Counted from the stretch's first letter, positions 39,949-50,469 are shown. The stretch is 64,000 nucleotides of DNA from an uncultured delta proteobacterium (GCA_963843145.1 CAWJJC010000020.1:1-64000); one strand, 5' to 3'. The notes: generated by a model not told the origin, from the sequence alone. Numbers and translations: made by a program.

Positions 39949-40794
39949 CTAAAGTTGGAAATACATGAGGGCCTTTTCCCCCAGGATCATCTCCACGGCC
40001 ATCCGCAGGGCATAACCAGGGCGTTCTTCGCCGGGGACCCTCCTCAACAGACCATCGGTTTCCAGGATCTTCAGGGCGTAGCGGGCGATATTGATCCCGT
40101 CCCGCACCGTGAAGCGTTCATGAGCCCGGTGGGCTAACTGCAGAAATCGGACTACATAATCCAAGATATCCTCGGGGGCGAAGGGCAGGTTACGCTGGAG
40201 GATCAGCCGTTCCTCGTCCGGCTCGGGAAAGTCGATGAAGATCTGAGGCTGGAGGCGGGAATGAATATATTCCGGCAGTTCATAGGTGCTGGCATCATCG
40301 TTCATGGTGGCGCAAAAACGAAAATTCGGATGGGCCGGCACTTTTAGGCCGGCTACGATCGATTCCACCGTGCGGCGGTTGTCCAGCAAAGGCGCCAAGG
40401 AGGCCCAGGATTTTTCGCTCATCCGGTTGCCCTCATCCAGGATCAATACTCCACCCCGCAGCATGGCCGTCACCACAGGACTGGCCATGTAGCGGATCTT
40501 CCCCTGGTCGGCAATGACCGGGGTGACGACCAGGTCTTCCGGTCGGGTATCCATAGTGGCCTGGAAAAAATAGACCTCCCGGCCTAAGCGACGGGCGGCG
40601 GCGTAGGCCAGGGTGGTTTTGCCCACACCGGGCTTGCCCACAATGCGGGGGTGCAGGGGGAGGTCCTGTTCCTCCACCACCAGCCAGGCGGCCAGCACCT
40701 GGTCAATCAAATCCGGCTGTCCCACCCAGTCCAGGGGAAAAACATCCGGACGGCACAAGTGCAGGGTAACCCCTTCGATAATCACGGTTTCCAT
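39949..40794 (-). CDS. MoxR/CbbQ-like AAA+ ATPase
   Basis: GKPGVGKT, LILDEGNR, CATMN, SRL. Confidence 0.85.
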   Translation of the reverse strand: METVIIEGVTLHLCRPDVFPLDWVGQPDLIDQVLAAWLVVEEQDLPLHPRIVGKPGVGKTTLAYAAARRLGREVYFFQATMDTRPEDLVVTPVIADQGKIRYMASPVVTAMLRGGVLILDEGNRMSEKSWASLAPLLDNRRTVESIVAGLKVPAHPNFRFCATMNDDASTYELPEYIHSRLQPQIFIDFPEPDEERLILQRNLPFAPEDILDYVVRFLQLAHRAHERFTVRDGINIARYALKILETDGLLRRVPGEERPGYALRMAVEMILGEKALMYFQL

Positions 40795-40864
40795 GTATTC
40801 TGAATGTTCCTTTTTACCTTAATCGTTCAATTTCCGGTTATTTCTTTTTCAGGAGAAAGTGGAT

Positions 40865-41290
40865 TTATTCCGACCGGATCCCGTTTAGATAATCCTCCAG
40901 ATTTTTAAAGGGCGCCAGGGCCGAACAGGAATTCCGGGCCACCTCCCAATTGGGTTGGTCGGTGAGCATGGGCTTAAAAAAAGGCCACTGGCGGCAAGGG
41001 GTGGGCTTGACCGGATGGATGGTGCACCGGCCTTCCACGGCAAAATGGCAAAAACCGTCGGTTTCTCGAACGTGAATGTACCTCTGGCCATTCTTCTCCA
41101 GGCAAAAACGGGCTAAAAAATCCTCGACCGGAAGGTCCAAGAATTCGGCGATGCGTTTTTCTTCTTCTTTGTTGAAATAAATTCCCCCCTCACCCCGGCA
41201 ACAGGTTCCGCAGACCTGGCACTCGAAAAGGGCCAGGGCTTTTTCCTGAAGGGTTTCTAACGGTTCTTTCTTTTTCTTGCTGCCTGCCAT
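40865..41290 (-). CDS. YkgJ-family cysteine-cluster protein
   Basis: FECQVCGTCC, CHF..GRCTIHPVKPTPCRQWPF. Confidence 0.88.
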   Translation of the reverse strand: MAGSKKKKEPLETLQEKALALFECQVCGTCCRGEGGIYFNKEEEKRIAEFLDLPVEDFLARFCLEKNGQRYIHVRETDGFCHFAVEGRCTIHPVKPTPCRQWPFFKPMLTDQPNWEVARNSCSALAPFKNLEDYLNGIRSE

Positions 41291-41478
41291 GAATATTCCC
41301 CGGGCGGCTATCGCCGAAGAAGTGGTTAGTTATTGCTAAATCAAAAAAATCTAGCCAAAAATGGAAAATTTTAGGCTGTAATAAAAACCACTGGAACTGA
41401 TTTAAAGATAGCATTTTTTTATTTAGATTTTTACATCCATTGTTAGAGACAAATTCTCAGAACAATGGATGTAAAAAT

Positions 41479-42630
41479 CTAAAACCAGCGGCAATCGGTG
41501 TACAGACCAAAAAAAGGAAAGATGCTTTCCTGGACCGCCCGGACTGTGGCCTTAGCCTCGTAATTGGCCCGTTGCCACTTGGCTTCTTCCTCACGATGCT
41601 CCTCGTCGCGCAGCCACTTTTCGTCGTAGCCCAGGCCGCGAAGGGTCTCCTGGAATGGGGCGGGAAGACTTTCCTGGCCCAGTTCCCGACCCCGCATGAT
41701 CGACCAGGCCAGGGTCCAGGCCCGGGCCACGTTTACCGGGTGATAGCCGCCTCCGCCCAAGGCCACCCAAGGCTTATCCAGCCCCTTGAAAAACCGTACC
41801 GCGTGACAAAACCCCTTGGAGGTCAGACTGAGGTTGGCCAGGGGATCGTTGTAGAAAGTGTCCACACCCAACTGGGTGACGATCACCTCGGGTTGAAAAG
41901 CCTGCAATACCGACGGAACGATCTGGTCAAAGGCCCAGATAAAGATCTGATCGTCGGTCCAGGGGAAAAAGGGCACATTGACCGAATACCCGGTCCCAAC
42001 CCCGGTCCCCATTTCACTCACAAATCCGGTGCTGGGAAAAAGGGTCCGCCCGTTTTGGTGAAAAGACAGGGTCAGGACCCGGTTGGTCCCGTAAAAGGCT
42101 TCCTGCACCCCGTCACCATGGTGGGCGTCAATATCGATATAAGCCACCCGCAGGCCTCGGGAAAGCAAATGAATAATAGCCAGGACCGGATCGTTGAGAT
42201 AACAAAAGCCGGAGGCGGAACTCTTATGGGCGTGGTGCATGCCGCCGGCTATATGGAAAGCGACCGGTCCCTGTCCGGAGGCTACCCATTCCGCGGCCTG
42301 CAGGGCTCCGCCGGCGCAGAACAGCCCCCAATCGAGGACTCCCGGGAAAACCGGATTGTCCCCGGGCCCCAGGCCATAACCGCCCCATTCCGCTTGAAAC
42401 CGGCCGGAGTTGGCTTCCTTCAGGACTTGCAGGTAATCCCAGGAATGAAAGGTCAAGACCTCTTCCTCGGAGGCCTGACGGGCTTCCAGGGTCCGGGTCT
42501 TTTTCCCCCGCAAAAGCCCATAGGCCTCGATCAGTTCAACAGTCAATTTAAGACGTTTGACCTGCAGGGGATGGGTCGGTCCGTAATCAAAGCGTTGATA
42601 GGCGTCGCTGGTTATCAGCAGTGGGGGCAT
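41479..42630 (-). CDS. acuC: Zn-dependent deacetylase, AcuC/HDAC family
   Basis: GGMHHA, GFCYLND, DIDAHHGDG, FPSTG, GGGGY. Confidence 0.9.
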   Translation of the reverse strand: MPPLLITSDAYQRFDYGPTHPLQVKRLKLTVELIEAYGLLRGKKTRTLEARQASEEEVLTFHSWDYLQVLKEANSGRFQAEWGGYGLGPGDNPVFPGVLDWGLFCAGGALQAAEWVASGQGPVAFHIAGGMHHAHKSSASGFCYLNDPVLAIIHLLSRGLRVAYIDIDAHHGDGVQEAFYGTNRVLTLSFHQNGRTLFPSTGFVSEMGTGVGTGYSVNVPFFPWTDDQIFIWAFDQIVPSVLQAFQPEVIVTQLGVDTFYNDPLANLSLTSKGFCHAVRFFKGLDKPWVALGGGGYHPVNVARAWTLAWSIMRGRELGQESLPAPFQETLRGLGYDEKWLRDEEHREEEAKWQRANYEAKATVRAVQESIFPFFGLYTDCRWF

Positions 42631-42648
42631 GGGTATATGGGGGAATCA

Positions 42649-43016
42649 GGAGTCAGTATCCGATTAAACTTTGGTTGTTCGCCCTCTTGGGTGGGTGGCC
42701 ACAAGATAGGGGAGATTAACCTGAAATCGGGCCTCCGTGGCCGTGGGGTCTCGGCGAAAGGGTTTTCCATATTGCTTTTTAGGTTCTAACCCGGCCCTCT
42801 TATTTTTAAATCTTCAGGAGGCAGGGCCAGCCGAGGAGACATCAAAATATTCGGAGTATGGGCCTGCTTTAAATAAAATTAGTAAGTTAGGCCCGGATTC
42901 GAAGTCCGGAGTACCTTTGGAAAACCCTTTCGCCGAGACCCCACGGCCGGACCAGATTGGGGGAGGTACCCACCCAAAAGGGCGAAGCGTCTAAACTTTA
43001 TCCGGATTCTAACTCC
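42649..43016. repeat. Head-to-head pair of an unknown repeat forming a degenerate palindrome
   Basis: Core GGAAAACCCTTTCGCCGAGACCCCACGGCC...ACCCACCCAARAGGGCGAA at 42649-42768 (-) and 42919-43016 (+); third copy 45657-45729 (+). Confidence 0.8.
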
Positions 43017-43041
43017 TCTATTTAAGACTTACATCATTCGA

Positions 43042-44820
43042 TTATCTTTTCAGGCTTTTTTCCATCCTTGCCAGTTCGGATTTTATTCCCTCAGGTACCC
43101 GGTCGCCAAACTGTCCCAGGAACTTCCGGACATCGGCCAATTCCTGGTCCCATTCAGCGGGTTTTACCTCGAAGAGGGCGGCCAACCGGTCCCGGGAGAC
43201 GTCCAAACCCTCGGTATTGAAATTCTTCAGGTCCGGAACCAGGCCGATGGGCGTCTCCCGGGCGCCGACCTGATCCGGGTTCGTAGAGCGGTCAATGGCC
43301 CACTTCAACACCCGGATATTCTCTCCGAATCCGGGCCAGAGGAATTTCCCCTCTTCATCCCGACGGAACCAGTTGATGGAAAAAATCTTGGGAGGATGAG
43401 TCATCCGGGGGCCCATGGCCAGCCAATGCTGAAAATAGTCGGCCATGTTATATCCGCAGAAAGGCAGCATGGCCATGGGGTCTCGCCGCAGGACCCCCTC
43501 CTGGCCGACGGCCGCGGCCGTGGTCTCCGACCCCATCCGGGCGCCGCAAAAAACCCCATGCTCCCAATTGAAGCTTTCATACACCAGGGGCAGCAACTGG
43601 CTCCGTTTACCCCCGAACAGGATGGCGGTTATAGGCACTCCTTTGGGATTGTCGATTTCCGGGGAGACCGTCGGACAATCCTTGATGGAGACGGTGAACC
43701 GGGAATTGGGGTGGTCGACCCTTCCTTCTGAAGCCGGGGTCCAGGTTTTTCCCTTCCAGTCCAGGATATGGGGCGGGACGGCGTCGGTCAGGCCCTCCCA
43801 CCAGGGTTCGTTGGTGTCGGTATTCAGCCCGGTATTGGTAAACAGGACCGGATAAAAATTGCCGGCCTTGAGGGTCCGGATCATGTTGGGGTTGGTTTTC
43901 ATGGAGGTGCCCGGCGCCACCCCGAAAAACCCGGCTTCCGGATTGATGGCGTAAAGCCGGCCGTCCGGGCCGATATTTAACCAGGCAATGTCGTCCCCCA
44001 GAGTCCAGATCTTGTATCCGGGCAGGACCGATTGGAGCATGGCCAGGTTGGTTTTTCCGCAGGCCGAAGGCAGGGCGGCCAGCAGATAATCGATTTTTCC
44101 ATCCGGCGCTTCGATACCGATAATGATCATATGTTCGGCCAGCCAGCCCTCCTGCAGTCCCAGCCAGGAAGCCAGCCGCAGCGAAAAACATTTTTTCCCC
44201 AAAAGGGCGTTACCCCCGTAACCAGAGCCGATGCTCCAAACCAGGCTGTCATTGGGAAAGTGCATGATGAATCGCCGGCTCGGATCAAAATCCCCCACCG
44301 AGTGAAGCCCTTTGACGAAATTTTCCGAGTTTCCGATTTTATCCAACACTCCCCGGTCCATGCGGGTCATAATGCGCATACTGACGGCCACATAGGTCAC
44401 ATCGGTCACCTGCACACAGGCCTTGGCATAGGGGGAATCCGGATGGCCCATCATATAGGGCAGCACGTACATGGTCCGACCGCGCATGCAGCCGTCGGTC
44501 AACCCGGTCAGCATCTTTTTAGCCTCCCCGGGCTCCATCCAGTTATTGTTGGGACCGGCCGTCTCTTTGTCCTTCTGGCAGACGAAGGTCAGTTTTTCGG
44601 TTCGGGCCACGTCAGTGGGATGGCTGAGATGCCAGAAGGCATGGGGCCATTCCTTATGATTCAATTCGCGAAAGATCGGTTGGCCGTTGATTCGCTCCTC
44701 TTTGATCCCGATCTCGACCAGCCGATGGGCTTCCTCCTCGGATCCGTCGCACCAATAAATCTTATCCGGCTTGGTCAGCCGGGCCTGTTCTTCAACCCAC
44801 TTCTCCACATAAGTAGCCAT
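43042..44820 (-). CDS. pckG: Phosphoenolpyruvate carboxykinase (GTP)
   Basis: GSGYGGNALLGKKCF, WLAEHM, PSACGKTN, GDDIAW, INPEAGFFGVAPGT, RRDPMAMLPFCGYN. Confidence 0.96.
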   Translation of the reverse strand: MATYVEKWVEEQARLTKPDKIYWCDGSEEEAHRLVEIGIKEERINGQPIFRELNHKEWPHAFWHLSHPTDVARTEKLTFVCQKDKETAGPNNNWMEPGEAKKMLTGLTDGCMRGRTMYVLPYMMGHPDSPYAKACVQVTDVTYVAVSMRIMTRMDRGVLDKIGNSENFVKGLHSVGDFDPSRRFIMHFPNDSLVWSIGSGYGGNALLGKKCFSLRLASWLGLQEGWLAEHMIIIGIEAPDGKIDYLLAALPSACGKTNLAMLQSVLPGYKIWTLGDDIAWLNIGPDGRLYAINPEAGFFGVAPGTSMKTNPNMIRTLKAGNFYPVLFTNTGLNTDTNEPWWEGLTDAVPPHILDWKGKTWTPASEGRVDHPNSRFTVSIKDCPTVSPEIDNPKGVPITAILFGGKRSQLLPLVYESFNWEHGVFCGARMGSETTAAAVGQEGVLRRDPMAMLPFCGYNMADYFQHWLAMGPRMTHPPKIFSINWFRRDEEGKFLWPGFGENIRVLKWAIDRSTNPDQVGARETPIGLVPDLKNFNTEGLDVSRDRLAALFEVKPAEWDQELADVRKFLGQFGDRVPEGIKSELARMEKSLKR

Positions 44821-44870
44821 GATGATAACCCTTTCTGTTTCCTCAGCTCAATTTGAAATTCTTCAGACGT

Positions 44871-45566
44871 TTACCTGATTTTTTCCAAAAGAATTTGTTT
44901 AAAGGATATAAACTCCTCTTCAGCGATCAAGTCCTGTTTCCGAAGTTTTGTCAATCGATCTAATACATCCAGGGCCTTTTCCTGGAATTCCTTCCGGTTC
45001 AGATCAAAATCCGGGGGAAGCTGTTTCAAGGTAATGTTTAAGTCGGCTTCGGAAAACGGACCTGCCGGCTTGGAATCCCGGGGACCCGTCTGGGTCAGAA
45101 AGTCATCCCAGGCTTTTTGCAGGCCGTCCATTTCCCCCATGGACTCCTTTAGCCGTTGTAAAAGGTGCCTGTTTTCCCGGATAAGTGATATCTTCTCGCT
45201 GGCATTTTTCACCGCCACTTCCAGTTCTTCCAGTTTAAAAGGCTTGCGGATGTAATCATAGGCCCCCCCGCGAATAGCCTGAATGGCTGTATCCAAAGAG
45301 GCATAGCCGGTGATAATGATTACCTCACATTCCGGATAAACAGCTTTTACCTCCTTAAGGACCTGCAATCCATCGGCCCCCGGCAGCATTAAATCCGCAA
45401 TGACCACATCATAGGGCTGGTTTTTGAAATCCCGAATGGCTTCCCGGCCGTTTTTCTGGAGATGGAGCTCTCTTTCGGGCTTTTGCAAAAAATCCCGAAG
45501 CATGGCCCCCAGGATCTCATCGTCCTCGGCGATTAACATCCGGATCTGGCTTTTTGCTATCTCCAT
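44871..45566 (-). CDS. Response regulator with C-terminal coiled coil
   Basis: AEDD, ADLMLP, ITGY, GAYDYIRKPF. Confidence 0.85.
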   Translation of the reverse strand: MEIAKSQIRMLIAEDDEILGAMLRDFLQKPERELHLQKNGREAIRDFKNQPYDVVIADLMLPGADGLQVLKEVKAVYPECEVIIITGYASLDTAIQAIRGGAYDYIRKPFKLEELEVAVKNASEKISLIRENRHLLQRLKESMGEMDGLQKAWDDFLTQTGPRDSKPAGPFSEADLNITLKQLPPDFDLNRKEFQEKALDVLDRLTKLRKQDLIAEEEFISFKQILLEKIR

Positions 45567-45656
45567 GAGCTCAAAGAGTTTCCCTTTCAACCGGTCTATA
45601 ATTTATATAGCATTGCGCTCCTCTCTCTGTCAACAAACCAAGTTTGATATTCTGCG

Positions 45657-45729
45657 GGAAAACCCTTTTGCCGAGACCCGACGGCCTTAACAGAAAAGAG
45701 GGGTACCCACCCAAAAAGGCGAAGCGTCT
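45657..45729 (+). repeat. Third copy of the GGAAAACCCTTTYGCCGAGACCC repeat core
   Basis: Matches 42919-42992 at both ends with a different linker. Confidence 0.75.
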
Positions 45730-45859
45730 TTTTTAAAAGGGTGGGAGAAAAGAACTCTGCTTGTATTCTTTGGCGAGGGAGCGCCTTTTCCTGGAACTAA
45801 TTGGCGCAGGAGACCGCGAAGCGCCTGGTTTTAAATAGATGCCCGAGGACGCAGCGACT

Positions 45860-47986
45860 TTAATTCGAAATTCGGGTGGAAGAACCACTGGGCAAGTCCC
45901 CCATGAATGGCGGGAGACTTCGCAATACCTGCCTGATTTTAACCGCCAGGGCTTCCGGGGTGAAGGGTTTCTCTAAAAAGGCCAGCCCTTCCTCTAAGAC
46001 CCCGTGATGGACGATGGCGTTGTGGGTATACCCCGACATAAATAACACTTTCAGGTCCGGTCGGATCCGGGAGAGCTGACCGGCCAGGTCCCGACCATTC
46101 ATGCCGGGCATAACGATATCGGACAGGAGGAGATTTATCGGGCCGGGATATTGCCTGGCTACGCCCAAGGCCTCTTCTCCATGGCTGGCTTCTAAGACCG
46201 AATACCCCTGCCTCTCCAGGATTTCTCGGATAGGAGTCCTCAACAATTCCTCGTCTTCCACCAATAAGATGGTTTCCGACCCCGGCGGGACCTTTCCGGA
46301 GCCTGCCCCGGCAGAATCAAAAGGAGCGGATCCTTCCGCTTGAGGAAGATAGATTTTAAAGGTCGTTCCTTTACCGACTTCACTATACACCCAGATATAC
46401 CCTCCGGATTGTCTGACGATTCCATAAACGGTCGAAAGGCCCATCCCGCTTCCCTTCCCCCATTCCTTGGTGGTGAAAAAGGGCTCAAAAACGTGGGATT
46501 TGGTCTCCGCGTCCATACCTTTCCCATTGTCGCTGATGGCCAGCAGAGCATAATTACCTACCGGCATGACCGGGTAGCGGCGCGGGCTGGTCTGTCCTAC
46601 AGCCACATTGCTCGTTTCAATGATCAGCTTTCCTCCCGCGGACATGGCGTCCCGAGCATTGATCGCCAAATTGACAATAACCTGCTCCATTTGCCCCCGG
46701 TCACCGGCAATGTTGGTCAGGGTCGGGTCCAGCACGGTTACCAGTTCGACTTCTTCCCTCACCAAGCGCCCTAATATTTTCTCTAAATCAATAATGATGG
46801 CATTTAAGTCCAACACCTTCGGTTCGGCTACCTGTTTGCGGTTCAAGGCCAGGAGTTGCTGGGTTAGATCCGCCGCCTTCTGGGCTGCTTTTTTTATCTC
46901 CCTGACCTGTCGAACAACCCCGGTTTCTCCGACCGGGGGGTTCATCAGGATCAGATCACTATAGCCCATAATGGCCATCAACAGATTGTTGAAATCGTGC
47001 GCCACTCCGCCGGCCATCCGGGCGATGGCTTCCAGTTTCAGGGACTGGTGAAATTGCTCTTCCAGAAATTTCAGCTCCGTGATGTCAATAAAGCTCTCCA
47101 TCAGGCATTTTCGTCCCCCCCAATAAATGGGGGATACTTTCTTGAGAATCGGAACCGTCTGTCGGTTTCCTTTAACCAGCACCTGCTCGGCATTATGAAT
47201 GGATTGGGAAAAATCGATAACCGGGCACCGCCCCTTTTCCATTACGCACATATATTGATTGCAAAAAGACCCGACCACTTCCTCTTTGGAAAGACCGATA
47301 ATCTCCAAGGCCGTCTGATTGGCTTCCAAAATCCGGTAGTTTTTGGTATCCACAATCACTACCCCGGCGTTAATGGAGTCCAGGATAGAAGTCAGCTCCC
47401 TACGGTTTTTTTCCAAGTCCAAGGTGCGCAAGGCGACCTTTTGATCCAGCACTCCTTTCTGATTGGTCAATTTTTGAGAAAGGATTTTGTTATGCAGCAT
47501 ACTGGCAAGTTGTTGGACCCCCAGTTCCGCGAAGCGGGCTTCTTGCGAGGGGATGGCTGTCGCCCGACGGCCCAGTTCCACTAAAACCAGGCCTAATATT
47601 CCGGTCGGGATTACTAAGGGAAAAATTAGAAAAATCCCCTGCGGTTCCTCCAGTGTCTGATGAGAACCGGGTTCCCCGTTCCGGACCGATTCCAGCGCGC
47701 CGGCGATCGCCCCGGACTCCACCAGGCGGGCAAATCGATCCTCCATCCGGATCTTATTGGTTTCAGGTCGTGAGGCCCCGAAACGAAATTCAAAAGACTC
47801 CTGGTCCAGCCAAAAGATGGATACGGTTTGCGCCTCGGGGAAAAGGCGAAAAATTTCCAACCCGTCCGCAATGGTTTTGGCCAGGGGTTCATCCGCCATC
47901 CGGTTACTCGGAAAACGCATCAAGGCTTCCAGAAAGCGATTCCAGGAATTGTGGGCCTCGGTCCCATTGTCATCAATCTTAGCCAT
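45860..47986 (-). CDS. Hybrid sensor histidine kinase (GAF-like, PAS, HisKA, HATPase, REC)
   Basis: AHDFNNLL, NARDAM, FTTK..GSGMGL, C-terminal receiver. Confidence 0.92.
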   Translation of the reverse strand: MAKIDDNGTEAHNSWNRFLEALMRFPSNRMADEPLAKTIADGLEIFRLFPEAQTVSIFWLDQESFEFRFGASRPETNKIRMEDRFARLVESGAIAGALESVRNGEPGSHQTLEEPQGIFLIFPLVIPTGILGLVLVELGRRATAIPSQEARFAELGVQQLASMLHNKILSQKLTNQKGVLDQKVALRTLDLEKNRRELTSILDSINAGVVIVDTKNYRILEANQTALEIIGLSKEEVVGSFCNQYMCVMEKGRCPVIDFSQSIHNAEQVLVKGNRQTVPILKKVSPIYWGGRKCLMESFIDITELKFLEEQFHQSLKLEAIARMAGGVAHDFNNLLMAIMGYSDLILMNPPVGETGVVRQVREIKKAAQKAADLTQQLLALNRKQVAEPKVLDLNAIIIDLEKILGRLVREEVELVTVLDPTLTNIAGDRGQMEQVIVNLAINARDAMSAGGKLIIETSNVAVGQTSPRRYPVMPVGNYALLAISDNGKGMDAETKSHVFEPFFTTKEWGKGSGMGLSTVYGIVRQSGGYIWVYSEVGKGTTFKIYLPQAEGSAPFDSAGAGSGKVPPGSETILLVEDEELLRTPIREILERQGYSVLEASHGEEALGVARQYPGPINLLLSDIVMPGMNGRDLAGQLSRIRPDLKVLFMSGYTHNAIVHHGVLEEGLAFLEKPFTPEALAVKIRQVLRSLPPFMGDLPSGSSTRISN

Positions 47987-48009
47987 AATCCAAACCTCAA
48001 TCCCCTGGG

Positions 48010-48858
48010 CTAATGGAGCCCCATAATTTTTTTAGCTTCTTCAAACTGTTCCAGAATATGGGGAGTTATTTCGGTAAGCGTATTTGGCGGGAGACCTAAC
48101 ACCTCCCTGGCCTGCTCATTCGGTCGGGGAATCAAATCATCCCCGCCAAATCCCAATTCCAGCGCCCGAGCCAGCGTATCCGCTATATGTACCGCCGCGA
48201 CCAGAGGATCCGGAGGCTCTCCGAACAACCCGGCATGATGCCCGCAAATAGCTTTTTGGATGGCCGGGGGTAAGTTCCAGTTTTCCACCAGCAACAAACC
48301 GCCCTGACTATGATCCATCCCCAGAATATCCATCTCCGATTCCCAGAGTGGCTGTTGGCATTTATTCGCTTGATCCAGGGCTCGGGTAAATTCCTTCTCG
48401 GCGAATTCGAAAAAAACCAATTTCCCAATATCATGAAGGACACCGGCCACAAATAGATTTTCCACATTCGCTAGGCGGCAGGCCTGCCCGATTAGCCGGG
48501 TGGCAATTCCTACGCCTATGGAATGGGCCCAAAAATCCCCCGGCCGAAAATCGAACGCCGAATCCTGTTTGGAAAAAAGATCCAGGACGGAAGTAGCCAG
48601 CACCAGATTACGTACCTCGTCAAAACCCAATACCACCACCGCCCGGGAAATCGTCTCGACCTGTCCGGGAAAACCATAGAGCACTGAATTGGCCAACCGC
48701 AAAACCCGGGAGGCGGAAGCCGGATCGGACGATACTATTTGTGAAACGGCCTGGGCCGTGGACCAGGGATCGGCCAGGACTTCGGAGAGCGCCAGGTAAA
48801 CGGTCGGCAAGGTCGGAAGATCCCGGATATTTTCAATAATTTTTTCTATGACCCTCAT
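48010..48858 (-). CDS. HDOD-domain protein
   Basis: LPTLP, DPASASRVLRLANS, FWAHS, LHDIGK. Confidence 0.9.
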   Translation of the reverse strand: MRVIEKIIENIRDLPTLPTVYLALSEVLADPWSTAQAVSQIVSSDPASASRVLRLANSVLYGFPGQVETISRAVVVLGFDEVRNLVLATSVLDLFSKQDSAFDFRPGDFWAHSIGVGIATRLIGQACRLANVENLFVAGVLHDIGKLVFFEFAEKEFTRALDQANKCQQPLWESEMDILGMDHSQGGLLLVENWNLPPAIQKAICGHHAGLFGEPPDPLVAAVHIADTLARALELGFGGDDLIPRPNEQAREVLGLPPNTLTEITPHILEQFEEAKKIMGLH

Positions 48859-48860
48859 GG

Positions 48861-49190
48861 TTAGAGAAACTTTTGAATGACCCTTTTTACGGCCAGTTGG
48901 AAAACTTCTTTTTCCAGGCTAGTGGTCGGTTCCCATTTCAATCGCCAGTTCACCCGAGTTAACGCCCGATCTAATAATTCAGGGCTCACTTTTGTCTCTT
49001 TTTCCGGGAACCTTTCCTCTTTGACCTTCACGGTCTTGCAGCCCCAGGTCTTCAATACCTTCAGGTGCCGCGGTAGAAGTTCAACCCCCCGAGGCAACAA
49101 GGTCTGTCCGAACTGATTTAAAACCGGTTCGGCCAGAATTAACCCGGGTTCAACAGCCTTTAGTTCATTAAGTTGCAAGACCATGTCCAT
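48861..49190 (-). CDS. Hypothetical protein of the HDOD operon
   Basis: GLILAEPVLNQFGQTLLPRG resembles the N-terminus of HD-GYP proteins. Confidence 0.65.
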   Translation of the reverse strand: MDMVLQLNELKAVEPGLILAEPVLNQFGQTLLPRGVELLPRHLKVLKTWGCKTVKVKEERFPEKETKVSPELLDRALTRVNWRLKWEPTTSLEKEVFQLAVKRVIQKFL

Positions 49191-49419
49191 TTTCTTTCAA
49201 TCCGTTATTTATTGGAGATTCGTTGGCTTGCAGGGGGTAATCTGCCTCCCTGAAGATCGATATTCTTATCGACCAGTCCGCCCTAAAACTTAAATTGACG
49301 CTAAACCGCACTAAAAACCATACAATATTTGGAGAGATTAATAGTTCCTGGCAAGATAGAATATTTTATCTTATTGAAATAACGTGAAATACTAAATTAA
49401 TGGCGGGCCGATTCCCGAA

Positions 49420-49435
49420 CGGCATCTTATTTGCT
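49420..49435 (+). promoter_or_regulatory. Candidate sigma-54 promoter
   Basis: CGGCAT-CTTAT-TTGCT with correct -24/-12 spacing upstream of the FN3 gene. Confidence 0.55.
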
Positions 49436-49473
49436 TGATACTGGGGAAAAATATCTATTGTTTTCAATAGGGA

Positions 49474-49896
49474 TTGGAGTTTTTCCTGAAGCCGGAAATA
49501 GTAAGATCTCCCCATTGTTCGGAACAGAAACGGGTTAACCTGACCATCGGTTTGATTTCTTTTCTATTAGTTTCAATTTTCCTTATACTTACGTGTCCCT
49601 TGGGAAAGGCCATGGCCGCCGACATAACCCTGGCCTGGGATCAGAATTCGGACCCCGACCTGGCCGGGTATAAGCTGTACCTTGGTAACTCCTCCCGAAA
49701 TTATACCCATACCATTGATCTGGGACTGACCACTCAGTATACGATCAGAAACCTGATCGATGGAACCGTCTATTTTTTTACTTTAACGGCTTACAATCAG
49801 AAAGGATTCGAGAGCAGTTTTTCCAACGAAGTGCGTTACCCATATATTGAATATACGCAGAAGATCTTTCTTCCTATGGTCCTCAACGGGAGCTAA
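49474..49896 (+). CDS. Secreted fibronectin type III domain protein
   Basis: TLAWD.NSDPDLAGYKLY, YFFTLTAYN, ESSFSNEV; C-terminal IFLPMV tail. Confidence 0.8.
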   Translation: MEFFLKPEIVRSPHCSEQKRVNLTIGLISFLLVSIFLILTCPLGKAMAADITLAWDQNSDPDLAGYKLYLGNSSRNYTHTIDLGLTTQYTIRNLIDGTVYFFTLTAYNQKGFESSFSNEVRYPYIEYTQKIFLPMVLNGS

Positions 49897-49974
49897 TCCG
49901 CTTTTTTGACTTCCCGGCCAACGAGAGAAGCTGTTCGAATTCCCCCGCCTTTACCTAAAAGGATTCGGCCTTTG

Positions 49975-50469
49975 CTACAACCGGCCGAATAGATCCCGGT
50001 ACTTCCGGCACTGGTCAAATTTCAAGTAAGGAATAACCCCGGCGGTTTCCGCATCGCTCAGAGGAATGAACTTGCCTTTGGCCTTCAGGCAGACCTGTCC
50101 CTGGTAAAGGAGTTCGCCCTCGCTGAAGGCGATCCGCCCCGCATCCTTGACCAGGCGGCAGACAATTTCGATCTCCTCTTCCACCGGGACAGGGGCGAGG
50201 TATTTGACGGTCAACTCCCCGGTTACATAAAAAACATGCTTTCCCCCGAACACTGTGGCCGCCCAGCCCATGGTTTCATCCAGCAGACCGGCCAGCACTC
50301 CGCCATGCGCCGTATTCAGGTAGCCGTTCATATGGCGCGGCAACTTCAGCCTTGTCCGGATCGTGTCCCCCTCTACAAAAAACCGGGTCCGGACCCCGCA
50401 GGCGTTTTCATCACCGCATAAAAAGCAGCCCGAGGAATGGGGCAGGTATTCTCGTTCTTCCAATTTCAT
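49975..50469 (-). CDS. PaaI-family thioesterase
   Basis: CFLCG, AHGGVLAGLLDETMG. Confidence 0.88.
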   Translation of the reverse strand: MKLEEREYLPHSSGCFLCGDENACGVRTRFFVEGDTIRTRLKLPRHMNGYLNTAHGGVLAGLLDETMGWAATVFGGKHVFYVTGELTVKYLAPVPVEEEIEIVCRLVKDAGRIAFSEGELLYQGQVCLKAKGKFIPLSDAETAGVIPYLKFDQCRKYRDLFGRL

